64,000 nucleotides of DNA, taken from positions 5,312,001-5,376,000 of the forward strand of contig OZ220741.1 of assembly GCA_965116885.1 (NCBI GenBank), written 5' to 3'. Below, piece after piece: positions 9,692-21,510 of this stretch (positions within the stretch are counted from its first letter, which is position 1; each line of letters opens with the position of its first letter). The translations under genes and the position numbers were made by a program. The notes under the pieces are model-generated. The model worked only from the letters and a program-made list of their open reading frames with translations. It searched no databases and had not been told where the DNA came from. The DNA comes from Candidatus Latescibacterota bacterium. GTDB taxonomy: Bacteria > Latescibacterota > UBA2968.

Positions 9692-9821
9692 AACATCCCT
9701 CCAATAAAGTTTGTTTTCGCCATTCTGCTACCGGTCTAACATCAATCTACTTGCGGAATTTTTATCTTAACCTATCTTGGCGATAATTCAAACAATAATC
9801 AACACAAAAGAGGAGCAGGTC

Positions 9822-10238
9822 ATGTCGCAAAACAAAACCATCGGAGGTGGGGGCTTTCACCACGTTGCAATTCGCGCCCACGACTTTGACGCATCTGTAA
9901 AATTTTATACCGAAGCGATGGGATTTCAAAAAAAAATCTCCTGGGGTGAAGGCAAAAGACGCGCCATCATGCTCGACACCGGAGATGGGAATTACCTCGA
10001 AATTTTTGCCAATGGCACAGACGAACCCAAACCGGAAGGGTCCATCATCCACTTTGCACTGCGCACCAGCGATTGCGACGCCGCCATCGAACGCGCCAGA
10101 GCAGCCGGTGCCCAAATCACCGTAGAACCCAAAGACGTCGAAATTCCCAGCGAACCCCACAAAACCCCTGTACGCATCGCCTTTTGCAAAGGCCCCGATG
10201 ACGAAATCATCGAATTTTTTCAAAACGAATTGACGTAA
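9822..10238 (+). CDS. VOC/glyoxalase family protein
   Basis: FHHVAIR, LEIF, HFAL, GPDDEIIEF. Confidence 0.9.
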   Translation: MSQNKTIGGGGFHHVAIRAHDFDASVKFYTEAMGFQKKISWGEGKRRAIMLDTGDGNYLEIFANGTDEPKPEGSIIHFALRTSDCDAAIERARAAGAQITVEPKDVEIPSEPHKTPVRIAFCKGPDDEIIEFFQNELT

Positions 10239-10271
10239 TCAACTTGCATCTGCCGGGGAAAAGGAAAAATC

Positions 10272-10694
10272 ATGAACAAAATTATACCTGTTTTGTGTCT
10301 GATATTCGCAATCGCCGCATGCGGTGACGACAATCCCGCCGATTCGGGTCAACCCGTAGTCAATCAAACATTTAATCTGTCGAGTGGATCAATTGAAGAG
10401 TTTCGCTTTACCGTTGACACCGACTTACAGCAAAACGTCATCCTCCAGGGCGAATTTAGCGTTGAGAACGGCACTATTCAGATGGCTGTTATGGGCGAAG
10501 ACCAGTATCAAACCTGGATAGAAGGAGGCACGCCTACAGTGCTCTACAGCCCGGGCGAAACATCTGGAGAAACCTTTCGCTTACCCATTTACGACAGTGA
10601 CACTTACTACATCGTTTTTCGCAACGCAGGTGCAAATACCGTAACAGTCGAAGCAGAAATTTTCCTGCTCAGTACCGCTGAACCAGAGGTTTAG
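10272..10694 (+). CDS. Hypothetical lipoprotein (beta-sandwich, GOLD-like)
   Basis: Lipobox IAAC; beta-strand pattern, TYYIVFRN. Confidence 0.7.
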   Translation: MNKIIPVLCLIFAIAACGDDNPADSGQPVVNQTFNLSSGSIEEFRFTVDTDLQQNVILQGEFSVENGTIQMAVMGEDQYQTWIEGGTPTVLYSPGETSGETFRLPIYDSDTYYIVFRNAGANTVTVEAEIFLLSTAEPEV

Positions 10695-10780
10695 ACTACC
10701 CGGAAAAATGCCTGCCTGTGCTTATCAGATATGCGGTGTCTGAAACGCAGCATCACCCTGTTTTTAGCCCAATTTTCCGA

Positions 10781-10809
10781 TTGACGAGACAAGAAGAACA
10801 AGTTATAAT
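10781..10809 (+). promoter_or_regulatory. Sigma70-type promoter of the frd operon
   Basis: TTGACG-17 nt-TATAAT. Confidence 0.7.
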
Positions 10810-10849
10810 TATCCCTGTTCATTATCAATCACAGTTAAATGAGGTATTT

Positions 10850-12556
10850 ATGAACATCCCCAAGCACGACGTGCTCTTAGTAGGTGGAGGGGGTGCGGGG
10901 CTGCGTGCTGCAATCGCCGCATCTGAAACGTATCGTGGTGCAGATATTGGCGTAGTCTCCAAAGTCTATCCCATGCGAAGTCATACCGTCTCTGCCGAAG
11001 GTGGCACGGCAGCAGTCATGCGCGAAGACGACAATCTGGATCTACATGCTTATGACACCATCAAAGGCAGCGACTACCTCGGCGATCAGGATGTGGTCGA
11101 AGCCTTTGTCAAAGAAGCCGTTGATGAAGTCATCCAGTTAGAACACTGGGGGTGCCCCTGGAGCCGCGACGAAGACGGCCGCGTAAGCGTCCGCGCATTT
11201 GGTGGCATGAGTGTCAAACGCACGCTCTATGCCGCCGACAAAACCGGCTTCCACATGCTGCACGCCCTCTTTCAAACATCTCTCAAATACGACGCCATTA
11301 CCCGATATGACGAATGGTTTGTCACCTCATTACTCGTCGAAGATGGCAGGGTATGCGGCGTCACGGCTCTCAACATCCGATCCGGCAACATTCACGCCAT
11401 TGGCGCAAAATCCGTCATTATATGCACGGGTGGCGCGGGCAAAATTTTTCCATTTACCACCAATGCCGCTATCAAAAACGGCGACGGAATGGCTCTTGCC
11501 TACCGCATTGGCTGTCCACTAAAAGACCTCGAATTTGTACAATATCACCCCACTGGCCTGCCCGGCACGGGCATCTTAATGACCGAAGCCTCGCGGGGTG
11601 AAGGCGGCCACCTCGTCAACAGCAAAGGCGAACGCTACCTCAGCGAATACGTGCCAGGCAAAATGGAACTCGGTCCGCGCGACATCTTATCTCGCTCTTT
11701 CATTCACGAACAGCACCAGGGCAATGTCTTTGAAGGTCCCGATGGCAGCTACGTTCATCTCGACCTTCGACACCTGGGTGAAAAAGTCATCGACGAAAAA
11801 CTGCCCTTTGTGCGCGAACTCACCCGCAATTACGTCGGCATTGACCCCGTTTACGAACCCATTCCCGTGCGTCCAGTCGTCCACTACTGCATGGGCGGCG
11901 TACATACCGACATCAATGGCGCAACGCCCATCTCCGGTCTTTATGCCGCAGGCGAAGCGGCTTGTGTCAGCCTCAACGGGGCCAATCGCCTGGGGTCCAA
12001 CTCACTGACAGAATGTCTCGTCTTTGGCGCGCGTGCAGGTCAGGTAGCCGCGCAACACGCCGCCGATACAGACTTTGCAGATTCGGCCTCGATGGCCAAA
12101 ATGGCGCAAGACGAGCAAAAACGCATTGAAACCCAATTCTTTGGCAACAAAGGCAAAGAGCGCGTGGCCAATATCCGCGATGATCTCCGCAAAACCATGG
12201 AAGAAGGCGCGGGCATCTTCCGAACCGAAGACGCGCTCAAAACCACATGTGACACCATTCGCACCCTCAAAGAACGCTATGAAAATATCGGCATAGACGA
12301 CCACTCGCGCGTCTTCAATACCGATCTTGTCAACGCCCTCGAACTGGGTTACATGCTCGACGTCGCCGAAGGGCTCGCACATTCGGCCCTCTTGCGACGC
12401 GAATCCCGAGGCTCTCACGCGCGATCAGACTATGAAGAGCGCGACGACGAAAACTTCCTCAAACACTCTCTGGCCTATCAAACCGATGGCGACCCCCGCA
12501 TCGAGCACCTGCCCGTAACACTCACCCGCTGGGAACCCGAAGAACGAACCTATTAA
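10850..12556 (+). CDS. frdA: Fumarate reductase/succinate dehydrogenase flavoprotein subunit
   Basis: [16 protein letters not shown] (covalent FAD His), [29 protein letters not shown]. Confidence 0.95.
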   Translation: MNIPKHDVLLVGGGGAGLRAAIAASETYRGADIGVVSKVYPMRSHTVSAEGGTAAVMREDDNLDLHAYDTIKGSDYLGDQDVVEAFVKEAVDEVIQLEHWGCPWSRDEDGRVSVRAFGGMSVKRTLYAADKTGFHMLHALFQTSLKYDAITRYDEWFVTSLLVEDGRVCGVTALNIRSGNIHAIGAKSVIICTGGAGKIFPFTTNAAIKNGDGMALAYRIGCPLKDLEFVQYHPTGLPGTGILMTEASRGEGGHLVNSKGERYLSEYVPGKMELGPRDILSRSFIHEQHQGNVFEGPDGSYVHLDLRHLGEKVIDEKLPFVRELTRNYVGIDPVYEPIPVRPVVHYCMGGVHTDINGATPISGLYAAGEAACVSLNGANRLGSNSLTECLVFGARAGQVAAQHAADTDFADSASMAKMAQDEQKRIETQFFGNKGKERVANIRDDLRKTMEEGAGIFRTEDALKTTCDTIRTLKERYENIGIDDHSRVFNTDLVNALELGYMLDVAEGLAHSALLRRESRGSHARSDYEERDDENFLKHSLAYQTDGDPRIEHLPVTLTRWEPEERTY

Positions 12557-12566
12557 AGGAAAATCT

Positions 12567-13319
12567 ATGAGCGATCTCAGAACCATAAAAATTACGGTAT
12601 TGCGCTATCGTCCAGAAGAAGAGGACGCGCCAACCAAACAGACTTACGAAGTTGAATTTCGCGACGACTGGGTCGTTCTCGACGCGCTCAACCACATCAA
12701 AGACCACATCGACGGCACGCTTTCATTCCGCTGGTCTTGTCGCATGGGCGTGTGCGGCAGTTGCGGCATGATGGTCAATGGCGAACCCAAACTCACCTGT
12801 GCCGCGATGTTGCGCGACTATTATCCCAACGAAGTGCGCGTGGACCCTCTGGTCAACTTCCCTATCGTGCGCGATCTCGTCACCGACATGACCGACTTTA
12901 TGGACAAACTCAAAGCGGTCAAACCCTGGATCATCCGAGAAGAAGAAAAACCCGTATCCGAAGGGGAATACCTCCAGACGCCGGATCAGCTCAAAGATTA
13001 CAAACAATTCAGCCAGTGCATCAACTGCATGCTCTGTTACGCAGCCTGCCCGGTCTATGGCCTCGAACACGACTTCGTCGGTCCGGCCGCAATTGCCCTG
13101 GGCCACCGCTACAACCTCGATTCCCGAGATGAAGGCAATCAGCAACGTCAACACGTCATCGCCAGCAAAGAAGGCATCTGGGAATGCACGTATGTCGGTG
13201 AATGCTCCGTCGTTTGTCCCAAACACGTCGATCCCGCAGAAGCCATTCAACAGACCAAAGTGGCAACCACAACCAACCGCTTGAAATCGCTTGTCATGCC
13301 CTGGGGAAACAAAAAATGA
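12567..13319 (+). CDS. frdB: Fumarate reductase iron-sulfur subunit
   Basis: [33 protein letters not shown]. Confidence 0.95.
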   Translation: MSDLRTIKITVLRYRPEEEDAPTKQTYEVEFRDDWVVLDALNHIKDHIDGTLSFRWSCRMGVCGSCGMMVNGEPKLTCAAMLRDYYPNEVRVDPLVNFPIVRDLVTDMTDFMDKLKAVKPWIIREEEKPVSEGEYLQTPDQLKDYKQFSQCINCMLCYAACPVYGLEHDFVGPAAIALGHRYNLDSRDEGNQQRQHVIASKEGIWECTYVGECSVVCPKHVDPAEAIQQTKVATTTNRLKSLVMPWGNKK

Positions 13320-13750
13320 TGCTCGACTCAGAAAAGACCAAAACCTATACGCGCCCCATATCCAAAGCCTGGTGGCTGCGCGACCGCGGACATTTTAATC
13401 GCAGATATTTCATGTTCTTGCTCCGCGAACTCACAAGCGTATTCGTCGCCCTGTACGTTGTACTCTTTATCTACGAACTGTTTCTTCTGACAAAAGGACC
13501 TGACGCACACGCTACCTTCCAGGAATCCCTCAGATCAGGTCCCTTTATTGTCTTTTTTGTCATCGCCCTGCTCTTCGCCATGTACCACAGCTGGACCTGG
13601 TTGGGGCTAACGACCAAAATGCAGGCAGCTGGACGTGGCCTCGTCAAAATTGGCACAAAGACCCTGCCACCCATTTTTATTGCGCTGGGGTCTTATGGCG
13701 CCTGGATAGTTGCAACAATCGTCATCGCCTACCTGTTCCTAACTCTTTAG
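13316..13750 (+). CDS. frdC: Fumarate reductase membrane anchor subunit C
   Basis: [21 protein letters not shown], three TM helices; ATGA overlap with frdB. Confidence 0.9.
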   Translation: MMLDSEKTKTYTRPISKAWWLRDRGHFNRRYFMFLLRELTSVFVALYVVLFIYELFLLTKGPDAHATFQESLRSGPFIVFFVIALLFAMYHSWTWLGLTTKMQAAGRGLVKIGTKTLPPIFIALGSYGAWIVATIVIAYLFLTL

Positions 13751-13765
13751 ACCGAGGATATCGCC

Positions 13766-14128
13766 GTGAATTACAAAGAACACAAAAGCGAACCCTTCTG
13801 GTGGGGCATGTTCTCGCAAGGCGGTGTTATTGCCGCACTCCTCATACCCATCCACATTTTCTTATGTGGTCTGGCTGTTCCTTTAGGGCTTATAGACCCC
13901 GAACTTCTGTCTTACGAGCGAATAACAGCACTGCTCCAAAATCCATTGGTCAAAGTCTATCTCTGTGTCCTGCTCATCTTCCCCCTCTACCACGCGGCTC
14001 ACCGAATTCGCTTCACCCTCGCCGAAATCGGATTGCACAGCCTCGCCAAAGTCCTGCCCTTTCTCTGTTATGGCGGCGCACTATTGGGCACAGCCGTAGT
14101 CCTCTACATCTTGTGGGTATTGCTCTAA
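13766..14128 (+). CDS. frdD: Fumarate reductase membrane anchor subunit D
   Basis: SEPFWWGMFSQGG, YHAAHRI, CYG. Confidence 0.9.
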   Translation: MNYKEHKSEPFWWGMFSQGGVIAALLIPIHIFLCGLAVPLGLIDPELLSYERITALLQNPLVKVYLCVLLIFPLYHAAHRIRFTLAEIGLHSLAKVLPFLCYGGALLGTAVVLYILWVLL

Positions 14129-14146
14129 GCCATCTCAACAAAAAAT

Positions 14147-14187
14147 AAAAAGCTCGGATGAATGTTGAAGAAGTTCATTCGAGCTTG
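14147..14187. terminator. Bidirectional terminator between convergent frdD and SGNH genes
   Basis: aagctcggatgaa...ttcattcgagctt inverted repeat. Confidence 0.6.
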
Positions 14188-14211
14188 TGTCTTACGGCAA
14201 AAAACCGATTT

Positions 14212-15285
14212 CTATTTTGTTTTCTTTATCCTTCTAATCTTCCTGACCTTTCTAACGGTCCCGGCCCCCTCATCGCGATCTAACAGAGATTCCAACCGCC
14301 CCGCAACGCGCTCTCCCATCTCGATCATCCCGTGGTCCCCTGGATGAATCAGGTCTTCCGTCAACCCACCGATATTGCTCAACATTTCTGCCCCTTCAAT
14401 CAAATGTGCATTCTCATGGGGACAACCATCCACCGCATCTCGCAAAGCCTGCCTGAAAGCCGCCGTCCTTTCGCGTTCTTCGGCATCGCCACAAAATTCT
14501 CTAAAATGCGGATAAATCGTAATACACCCCACGGGTCGGTCGGGATTTGCACCTGCAACCGCATTTACCATATACGTCACGCGCTCGGAAAATTCCGACA
14601 GAGAAAATCCCGCACCCATCATATTGACAGACAAAGCCAGCGTCGCCACATCCCAATCGTCGCGCGCAGCGATATAATCGGCCAATTCGCTTTCGCAATA
14701 AGCCGATCCCCCCACGCCCAAATTGATCAAATCCGCGCCCAAACGCCACGCCACCTGACTCACATAGGTCAAATGCATCGCCGTAGCCGACGCGCCGTGT
14801 GTAATCGACGTGCCATAGCTCAAATACCGCCGCTTTGGCAACTCGTCAACCGTGGGCGGGCGAAGTCCTTCGCCGTCAATACTGTGATAGTGCAAACTGG
14901 TATTTCTCAAGACCAACCGCCACACATTGTGCGAAAAAGGCAAATCCCGCACCGCCTCAGATTCAATCGTCTTCAATCTTGCAGGATAAGTCAATTCCAA
15001 CGTCTTTGGCTCTCTCCCAATTTGAAAACGCTCTTTCCCCTGAAAAGGGCCAAAAAACGGAATCACTTCAGCCGATCCGCCCGGACTGGACAGCGTCACA
15101 TTGACCTTATTGCCCGCACTCACAAAACGGATCTCCGACCCCGCCGGACTCAGCATGCGTTCCTGGGCACCCGCATTCAAACACAACCGCACATCTTCGG
15201 GCACGCGCTGCACCCGAAGCCCATCTCTTCCCTCAACTTCTCGCAATTCAGCTACATTGTGAAATTCGACATTGTCGTGAATCAT
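14212..15285 (-). CDS. SGNH/GDSL hydrolase
   Basis: YGTSITHG, NLGVGG, SVN, DLIHP. Confidence 0.88.
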   Translation of the reverse strand: MIHDNVEFHNVAELREVEGRDGLRVQRVPEDVRLCLNAGAQERMLSPAGSEIRFVSAGNKVNVTLSSPGGSAEVIPFFGPFQGKERFQIGREPKTLELTYPARLKTIESEAVRDLPFSHNVWRLVLRNTSLHYHSIDGEGLRPPTVDELPKRRYLSYGTSITHGASATAMHLTYVSQVAWRLGADLINLGVGGSAYCESELADYIAARDDWDVATLALSVNMMGAGFSLSEFSERVTYMVNAVAGANPDRPVGCITIYPHFREFCGDAEERERTAAFRQALRDAVDGCPHENAHLIEGAEMLSNIGGLTEDLIHPGDHGMIEMGERVAGRLESLLDRDEGAGTVRKVRKIRRIKKTK

Positions 15286-15314
15286 AAAAAACTCCTGTTA
15301 AAGAATTTTCAGAC

Positions 15315-16847
15315 TTACACCTGGGGAACCAGAACGGCTCCATCGGCTGTTGTGGCCCGGAAAGCAAACGCCCAGCCACCGTGATTGGAGCCCCGGTCAT
15401 TACTGAGCTTGAGCACGATAGAATTGGCACCTGCCCGAAGCGTCACCGGAATGCTCTGTGCTCGAAAAGCGTAGTGGTGCCCCAGATCGAAAACCTCATC
15501 GTTTACGCGCAGAATCAAAGCGTCATCCCAGGCCACACGCAGGATTGCCGTCATATCCGCAGGTGCATGTAAGACGCAGCGGGCAAGCGCTGCGCCCACA
15601 TCGGTATTGCCCACACCCGGACCCCAGGGCCGAAACACATGGTTAAAATCGACAAATCCGTGGTGGGCGGCGCGTTTGACCCAACGCGCTACGTCCCGTC
15701 CCCGTTGTCGTGAGCCAGCGGTCAACCAGGCCGACTCTTCACCGTGCAAACCATCAAACGTCGCTTCTATCTGAAAGGCCGTCTCTGGGGGCAAGGTCGT
15801 TTCCATCGCTTGACCGTTGTGATTGGCGAAGGGACCGCATAGCCACCATTCGCCGCTGGCCGGCAGCGGCAGATCATGGGTGTCGCGCGGCAGTTCGACA
15901 CCGGGCAGCAGTTGCGACCAATCGGGCATGGCGAAGAACGGTCGCACGGCGTCCTGCTGGTACCAATAGACGGTAGAGCAGATATCGTTTGCCATACAGC
16001 CGAAGCGCATGTGAATCGATTGCTGGAAGGGAAGTGCGTCCTTTTCGAAGAAGCGGTAGCCCACCAACCGTTGCGCCGGGCGCGCCTGCCCCACATCCTC
16101 ATGCACATAGTAAGGCATTGCGGCGTAGTGATGGGTTTCGGGCGGATGCAGGGCACCCCCGTAGCCAGCCCCAAAGGTATCCTCACCCCCAATGCCGCGC
16201 AAAAAGGCCGGGTGTTCGCCCTCTCCATCAATGTAGATATTTTCAGCCCCGCCGTGGCTCCAGCGATCGACATCATCGAGCAAACGCACGCCGTACACAA
16301 AGCCCAACAACTCTCCCGGCCCGTCGGCATCCAGCATCAGGAAGTCTTCACCGTAGCGCTGGGTCGGCATCTCTCGCCGCCAGCGGGCGCAGAAACGTCT
16401 CCGTTCGCTCAGCGTCTGATTGGGGTAGCGGTGCCAATCCACCTGCAGGTAGGCGCGGTTCTCTTCAGGTCCGGCTTCAAACTCAACCCGTGCGGATCGG
16501 GCGAAGGGCATCTGGAAGTAGCAGTTGTAGCCAATCCAGGCCTTGACCGACAGGAAGTGGGTGTCTATCGGATACCAGCCCTGGCCATGCATGACCCCAA
16601 AAAAGTCACCGACGGGCGCCTCAACATAGGGGATCGGCTCATCATCGAAATAGATGCGGATAAGCACTTTGCGGCTGGTCATAGGTATGCGCTCTGGCCG
16701 CGACAGTACGACCCAAAGGTGCTGAATACACCCTGGTCCATCGAGTTCGGCATAGACGGCTTTTTGGTTCGCCAGCAAAGGTCCGTTCATACTGACGCGA
16801 TCGGGGATACCACCTTCAGGAAGTTGTAAATCCATAGCAGACTCCAT
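15315..16847 (-). CDS. DUF2961 (GH172-like) domain protein
   Basis: GPGCIQHLW, IRIYFDDE, APVGDFFG, YFQMPF, GGEDTFG, SIHMRF. Confidence 0.8.
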   Translation of the reverse strand: MESAMDLQLPEGGIPDRVSMNGPLLANQKAVYAELDGPGCIQHLWVVLSRPERIPMTSRKVLIRIYFDDEPIPYVEAPVGDFFGVMHGQGWYPIDTHFLSVKAWIGYNCYFQMPFARSARVEFEAGPEENRAYLQVDWHRYPNQTLSERRRFCARWRREMPTQRYGEDFLMLDADGPGELLGFVYGVRLLDDVDRWSHGGAENIYIDGEGEHPAFLRGIGGEDTFGAGYGGALHPPETHHYAAMPYYVHEDVGQARPAQRLVGYRFFEKDALPFQQSIHMRFGCMANDICSTVYWYQQDAVRPFFAMPDWSQLLPGVELPRDTHDLPLPASGEWWLCGPFANHNGQAMETTLPPETAFQIEATFDGLHGEESAWLTAGSRQRGRDVARWVKRAAHHGFVDFNHVFRPWGPGVGNTDVGAALARCVLHAPADMTAILRVAWDDALILRVNDEVFDLGHHYAFRAQSIPVTLRAGANSIVLKLSNDRGSNHGGWAFAFRATTADGAVLVPQV

Positions 16848-16856
16848 ACTTGTTTA

Positions 16857-18821
16857 TCACTTTCGCACCCATGCCTCGCCCGAAGATAGATCTCGTCCAA
16901 GCGTCCATGTTTTCTCAAAAGCCTCAACAGTCAATTCAACGCGGTTATCTCCAGCGCGAAATACATCGGACAATTCGGCTGCAACGCCGGGAACATCTGT
17001 TCCGCGATAGGGTACAACCACAGTCAAAAACGCCGTGGGTGCCTGCTCGTTCAGCGCAAAACGAAATGCTTTGCGCGGCATGCGAGAACCATAAGTCCAT
17101 GCAAACCAACCCTCTTCTTCTGCCATACACGTCTCGCAATTTGCACCAGCCTGCACCAGCACATTAGCGTCGTCAAATTGCGTAAAGGCACGCCTTCCCG
17201 CCTCGTCAAACACCACATCGCCCGGCGCAAACTGGAAATGCAAATCCAGTTGACCGGGAACATTGCCAATCGCCTCGTCCAAAAACGCGAAAAACTGTCG
17301 ATTGACAAACCACACCGAACGGCGGTGAACCAATCCCGGATACGATCCATTCTCCACCACCAGCACATCGCTATCCGCCCCTTCTGACACCCACAATAAA
17401 TGCCGCCCATCATCGGACGTATCACCGCCATCCAACGTCAAAGTCTGATGCACTGTCGTCTGCCGATGCCACGCGCGGCCTTCTGCATCGTGACCATAAG
17501 TATAAAAACCCGTATCATTCATCAACCAGCGCCCATAAGCGTACAATTCAAACGTCCCATTATCCGGTTGATCGTGGCTCGAAATAGCGGGCGGCGAACA
17601 ATGCAGCGCCATGTGAATCTGATTGGGTCCCCAATCGTCGCGCATCACATACAAACCCGCCTCTTGAAATGCACGACTCTTTTGCTCGGGCAAAAATTCG
17701 CGATTTAGCGTCGCGCGCGCAGCGTATTTGGGATCACCCAGCAATTCCGTAGCTTCGATAAGTGCGCCATAAAGTCCCCACTTTGAGCGATCATCCGTCT
17801 CCTTTAACGAACGCGACCCATCGCCAAACATCGGCGCACCCAGATCGGGCGACGCAATCCAAAAAATATAGTCATACATCAACCGCACGCGCTCGCGAAA
17901 CGCCTCTGAAATCTCAATGTCAAAGGTATCCATGCGTCCAAAAATCTCCACAGCATCTCGCAACACCCCCGTATGATACCCAAAAGACCACTCTCGCTGA
18001 ACGCCATCCGTTGTTGTCTGCGCCAAAAAATTCTCTTCAACCCGCTCCAGTGCCAATTTCATCCACTCACGCGACTCCGCAAACTCGCGGAACGTATAGG
18101 CAATATTGATAAACCCCCGCTGTTCAAACACGGCCTTATTGTGAACCAATCCCATCGGAATCAGCTTTGTCTTAACCTGATGATCGTACAGACTTGCCAG
18201 CAACAGACCGAGAAACTCGGGCGTAAATGCCTCGGCATGAACCAAACTGCGAAATGCCGAACAGATATTCGTCGCCCGAATACCCGTCTGAATATCCAGC
18301 CAGACAAACCCCTTCCAATACGTATAAACGGAATGGGTTTTGGTGTGATTTTCCAGCGGATGTTTTGCAATCCAATCGGTCGTCATCTCCACAAATGTCT
18401 GGGCGTATTTCTCATCGCGCGTCGCAGCATAAGCCTGTACGAGCGGTGCAGCCCAATAAAAGCGATACACAGCCGCAACCCATTCAATATCGCCGCGGGG
18501 ATCCCATTCCCAGTCAAAATCGTCGCCATAACGCGCCTCTTCATAAGGTCCCCACTGAATAACGCGCTGACAAATCTTATCGGCAGTTGTAAAATCGCCT
18601 TCTCCAGACGCCTCACCTATTGGATATTTCGCCCGATAATAATCGCGCAATGCTGTAAGTGCGCCACTTCGACCCCCAGCATCTGCAGCCCGTTTTGCCG
18701 CCTCTAAACCCGTCAGATCTAATTTTTCCAGAATCCGCTCCGGATCAAACGACACCAAAGGCATCTCGTGATCAATTTGATCCGCCCCTTTGGGATACTC
18801 CACTACTGAACTCATAGCCAT
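16857..18821 (-). CDS. Heparinase II/III family lyase
   Basis: DGVQREWSFGYH, PMFGD, GLYVMR, HDQPDNGTFEL, DTGFYTY, HRRSV. Confidence 0.85.
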   Translation of the reverse strand: MAMSSVVEYPKGADQIDHEMPLVSFDPERILEKLDLTGLEAAKRAADAGGRSGALTALRDYYRAKYPIGEASGEGDFTTADKICQRVIQWGPYEEARYGDDFDWEWDPRGDIEWVAAVYRFYWAAPLVQAYAATRDEKYAQTFVEMTTDWIAKHPLENHTKTHSVYTYWKGFVWLDIQTGIRATNICSAFRSLVHAEAFTPEFLGLLLASLYDHQVKTKLIPMGLVHNKAVFEQRGFINIAYTFREFAESREWMKLALERVEENFLAQTTTDGVQREWSFGYHTGVLRDAVEIFGRMDTFDIEISEAFRERVRLMYDYIFWIASPDLGAPMFGDGSRSLKETDDRSKWGLYGALIEATELLGDPKYAARATLNREFLPEQKSRAFQEAGLYVMRDDWGPNQIHMALHCSPPAISSHDQPDNGTFELYAYGRWLMNDTGFYTYGHDAEGRAWHRQTTVHQTLTLDGGDTSDDGRHLLWVSEGADSDVLVVENGSYPGLVHRRSVWFVNRQFFAFLDEAIGNVPGQLDLHFQFAPGDVVFDEAGRRAFTQFDDANVLVQAGANCETCMAEEEGWFAWTYGSRMPRKAFRFALNEQAPTAFLTVVVPYRGTDVPGVAAELSDVFRAGDNRVELTVEAFEKTWTLGRDLSSGEAWVRK

Positions 18822-18847
18822 GCCCTCCGATTATTGAACTCGCCATC

Positions 18848-20980
18848 TTATTCTTCGCTTCTAAAAACCAGCTTTATCACCATACTCTGTAGGGGTTGCA
18901 ATTTCATCGACACACCTTCATCTGTCAGCGCGATGCGATCAGAATCCAATCCGTCAAAAAATTGGTATGTATCGTACGCGGGAACCCGGTCTATACGCAA
19001 TAGCGAAACATCTGGCAAAAGATGAATTGGACAGACAACTTCCCTGACAAAACGCGCATCCAGATTATGCGCCACCAACAATCCCGAATGCCGGGTATAG
19101 CGCGTATAGGCAAAAACGCGGTCTTCAGAGTCGGTATTGCGATGAAAATAAACATGCCCGGTTTGCAACTCAGGTCGCTGGCTCACAAATTTGTGCAAAG
19201 CCTCATAAGCGGCAACAAGTTGTGAATGGGGTTCTCGCTCTGCCCACTCGGGATGCAACACTGTAGATGCTTCAAAATCAGTACGCGCCTCCTCGCCCCA
19301 TTCTGAACCCCACTCTAAAGCATACGCCAAATTCACATAATGCGCCGAACCCGCTGTCGCATTGATCAACGAACACTGGATATTGCGCAACAGAGCCAAC
19401 GTCCGAGACTGATAGCGCTCTCGCCAAATTTTTGTTGCGCGCGGGCTATCGTGATTCTCAAAATAAGCCATCGCCACAGTGCGGGGGGCAAATGTGCCAG
19501 ACGTGCGTTCTAAAAAGTCGGCATACTGATTTCCGTACTCCGCATCCCGATGAAAATCCACCAGCAATGCGTAAATCATATCCACCGGAATATCCACCGC
19601 CTCACTTAACTCGCACAGAGTTTCGCCCAAAACGAGCGCATCGGGCTTAACCGCATTGATGCGGTTTTTAATCTGCTTCAAAAATGGCCGGTCCACAGTC
19701 TGGCTCGCGTCAATACGCACCCCATCCAGATCACAAGTACGCATCCAAAAAGGCGCAATTCCCGACAAATAATTTTGCAACGATCTGTTAAAAGGCAAAT
19801 TGAGCAACGCCACATCCGAATAAACCAGCCATGCAATCTGATGAATTTTGGGCTGTCCGTGCTCATCCATCACATACCAGTCGGGATATTGTTCAATCAA
19901 CGGACAATCGCGGCTGGTTTGCATCAACACCAGGTCGAAAATCACCTGCTTGCCCAGCGCGTGCGCCCGCCGCGCTATCGCGCGCAATTCCGCACGCCCA
20001 ATCAACTGTATCAGCGCATCGCGCCCAACCCAATCAATTAATTCTTTGAATGTGCGAAAATTGTTAAAATCATCGACCTTACGCAACCTCGACAACTGTC
20101 GCTCGTGCAACAGCGTCTGCAAATCCAAGTCGTTAATCAACCCATCCGACACCAACGAAAGAAAATCCACCTCTTCTGGCGGCGTGACCAGAGCGGGATC
20201 AATCCGATAAAAATCCCGCACGGCATACACACTGCCCAACGCGCCTTTGCGCACATCCTGTCCCGTGTGCAAATCTCCAAACCCAGGTTCAAAAAAAGGG
20301 AGCAAATACACCACATCTGTCTGCATCTCCTCAAGGCGCAATATCACATCGCAAAATGTACCACTCACAAATTGCCCATCTGCATCCAGACGGGCACCAA
20401 CTTTTCGCACACAGACTTCGGTAATTGAAAGACAGTGGCGAACCTGATCGGGACTGATCGCGATTACCCCATCTCGATTCAGTGCAATATCATTAACCGA
20501 AATCCACGCCTTTGAAGCATCCGACAGTGCCTTATCATCGGCCGAAAACTCGACCGTATAGTGAAAAACTCCCGTCTGATCAATCCGTATCACATCCGAT
20601 TCAAAAACCAGATTATTCCCCAAAAGAACGGGTTGCCCCACCCCATCCACAATCATACGCATAGAAACATAAAAACCTGCCCCCGTGCGAAACTCGCCCC
20701 GCTCATCTACAAAGCCGCGATCATTCACATCGGTCCACAAACGCGCTTCCACATCGTCCGTGCGACAGGTAGCCAAATCGATATCCGCAACAAATAACTC
20801 AGCTCGAACACGCGCTTCTACTGCACGATCAGGCACCAAAAATGCCCGAGCCATCACTGAATCATATCGAATACCATCCAACTCAATCGTCAGATTACCA
20901 GCCCAGACATCTGCATTGTCATACGCCTGCACAGCATATCGCTCGTGCAATTTATATCTAAATTCCAAACGCTTACTCAC
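18848..20980 (-). CDS. GH13 alpha-amylase family protein
   Basis: VYLLP, SVYAVRDFY, GVRIDAS, LGETL, FENHD; GTG start after ggagga. Confidence 0.8.
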   Translation of the reverse strand: MSKRLEFRYKLHERYAVQAYDNADVWAGNLTIELDGIRYDSVMARAFLVPDRAVEARVRAELFVADIDLATCRTDDVEARLWTDVNDRGFVDERGEFRTGAGFYVSMRMIVDGVGQPVLLGNNLVFESDVIRIDQTGVFHYTVEFSADDKALSDASKAWISVNDIALNRDGVIAISPDQVRHCLSITEVCVRKVGARLDADGQFVSGTFCDVILRLEEMQTDVVYLLPFFEPGFGDLHTGQDVRKGALGSVYAVRDFYRIDPALVTPPEEVDFLSLVSDGLINDLDLQTLLHERQLSRLRKVDDFNNFRTFKELIDWVGRDALIQLIGRAELRAIARRAHALGKQVIFDLVLMQTSRDCPLIEQYPDWYVMDEHGQPKIHQIAWLVYSDVALLNLPFNRSLQNYLSGIAPFWMRTCDLDGVRIDASQTVDRPFLKQIKNRINAVKPDALVLGETLCELSEAVDIPVDMIYALLVDFHRDAEYGNQYADFLERTSGTFAPRTVAMAYFENHDSPRATKIWRERYQSRTLALLRNIQCSLINATAGSAHYVNLAYALEWGSEWGEEARTDFEASTVLHPEWAEREPHSQLVAAYEALHKFVSQRPELQTGHVYFHRNTDSEDRVFAYTRYTRHSGLLVAHNLDARFVREVVCPIHLLPDVSLLRIDRVPAYDTYQFFDGLDSDRIALTDEGVSMKLQPLQSMVIKLVFRSEE

Positions 20981-21077
20981 ATATCCTCCCTGTAAAATGC
21001 ACTCCGGACAATATACGAAAGTTTGTGGGGGAAATCTCACCTTTTGTAATACGCATTTAACAGATAAGAAACGGTAA

Positions 21078-21484
<407 letters not shown>

Positions 21485-21510
21485 CACAATCATAATACCA
21501 GGAGAATACA

